The notes under the pieces were generated by a model. It had not been told where the DNA came from and did no database searches. It worked only from the letters and a program-made list of their open reading frames with translations. From the NCBI GenBank assembly GCA_963696385.1, contig CAVOKF010000007.1, forward strand, positions 640,001-704,000: a stretch of DNA of 64,000 nt, given 5' to 3'. The DNA is from an uncultured delta proteobacterium (GTDB lineage Bacteria; Myxococcota_A; Polyangia; Polyangiales; Polyangiaceae). The position numbers were made by a program, and so were the translations under genes. This document shows positions 62,865 to 64,000 of this stretch, piece after piece. Position 1 is the stretch's first letter; each line of letters begins with the position of its first letter.

Positions 62865-63039
62865 GGTGCAACGCCCCCCGGAGGCGTTCGGTCGGCGTCT
62901 TCTCGAGGTTGCGAAGCACTCGGTACACGCCACCGACGTCGGTACCCGGATGAAGCCCGACGAGTCGATGCGCTCGACGCCAGCGCGCCTCGTCGGCGAC
63001 GAGCCACGCGTGCTCCGCGGGAGTGAGCCGGTCGAGCAT
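62833..63039 (-). CDS. small partner protein upstream of the nucleotidyltransferase
   Basis: 68 aa, GGAGG-independent start, NLEKTPTERLR motif, overlaps the downstream start. Confidence 0.55.
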   Translation of the reverse strand: MLDRLTPAEHAWLVADEARWRRAHRLVGLHPGTDVGGVYRVLRNLEKTPTERLRGALHHGRLFSLHRT

Positions 63040-63159
63040 GACGCGAGGTTAGCACCGGTCGATCCAGGGCACATCGGAGGCCGCGTCCGGGAAAGGATCG
63101 CCGCGCGCGGCCGGCTCACCATGAGCCCGTGGACGATCTGGCGCTCGGGCGGGAGCCGG

Positions 63160-64000
63160 CTACCGGCACGAAGCGAGGCGCTGCCGGAACACATCGGCCT
63201 CGGTCGGGCTGCGGGCATGGGCGATCGCGGCCCGGTACTGCTCGGCCGCTTCCGGGCGCCGCCCCGCTCGGCGATGCATTTCTCCCATAGCGGCCGCAAA
63301 GAATGGGTATCCGGCCAGCCGCTCCTCGGGAATGGCTCGTAGCGCGGCGATGGCCGCGTCGGGCCCATCGACCTGACCCACGGCAATGGCCCGATTGAGC
63401 GCCACGATGGGCGTGGGCTTCTCGCGTAGCAACAGATCGTACAGGCCCAGGATCCCGCGCCAGTCCGTCTCCTCGTACCGCGAGGCAAGGCAATGCTTGG
63501 CCGCGATGGCCGCCTCGATGTGGAAGTCGCTCACGCGGTCCCCCTGGGAGGCCCGTTCGAGCAACTCGACACCGCGGCGAATCGAGATCCCGGTCCCAGC
63601 GCGCCCGCTCTTGCGCTTCGAGCAGGATGAGGCACCCGGCCTCGTCGAGGCGCGCCCGAAGCCGAGCGGCGTGAAAACACATGAGGGCGAGAAGCGCCGT
63701 GGCGCGCGGGGCAGCGGCGGCCGGGTGATCGAGGAGCAGCGTCAACAGCCGCATCGCTTCGGCGCAGAGTCCCTCGCGGACGGGCAGCTCCGTATGGCTG
63801 CCGTGGTAACCCTCGTTGAAGAGTAGGTAGAGCGCCGCCAGCACCGCGTCGAGCCGATCGGCAATCGCCGCAACGGTCTGGATCTCGTAGAGGGTCCCGG
63901 ACTCCCGAAGCGCCTGCTTGCCGCGTGCGATCCGTTTCTCCACAGTCGCACTTTCCGCGAGAAACGCGCTGGCGATCTCACGCGTCCCGAATCCGCACAG
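63160..64000 (-). CDS. ECF sigma factor with DUF6596/TPR-like extension (5' part outside the window; frameshift near 63584)
   Basis: REIASAFL, LYLLFNEGY, ALLALMCFHAAR, QERARWD; continues EAAIAAKH..TDW..LYDLL..PIVALNRAIA. Confidence 0.85.

Overview
GC-rich bacterial DNA, most likely from a myxobacterium (Myxococcota, Polyangiales/Sorangiineae-like). Support for this: MYXO-CTERM-like sorting tails, many lipoproteins with D/A/G/T-rich linkers, a stand-alone [12 protein letters not shown] EF-G, TonB_C-fused receptors and ECF sigma/anti-sigma cassettes. I saw no rRNA, tRNA, CRISPR array, integrase or transposase. About seven genes are split by single-base indels, which suggests a long-read assembly with residual errors. 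Main content: (i) secreted carbohydrate enzymes (a GH39 and two tandem, nearly identical GH79 lipoproteins) next to an ExuT-like MFS, with a shared candidate operator; (ii) a 42-unit (CCCCGA/CCCCAA) intergenic repeat; (iii) a ~21 kb cobalt/nickel/corrinoid region (32.8-53.8 kb). That region holds a cobalamin riboswitch ahead of a BtuB-like receptor and three surface lipoproteins resembling the Bacteroidetes BtuG/BtuH B12-capture set, plus cbiX, cobQ, two TonB_C-fused TonB-dependent receptors, TonB and a NiCoT permease. Three copies of a 28-bp NikR-geometry palindrome (GTAGCA-N16-TRYTAC) link the first fused receptor, tonB and the NiCoT gene. All family calls come from motif recognition by eye; no searches were run.
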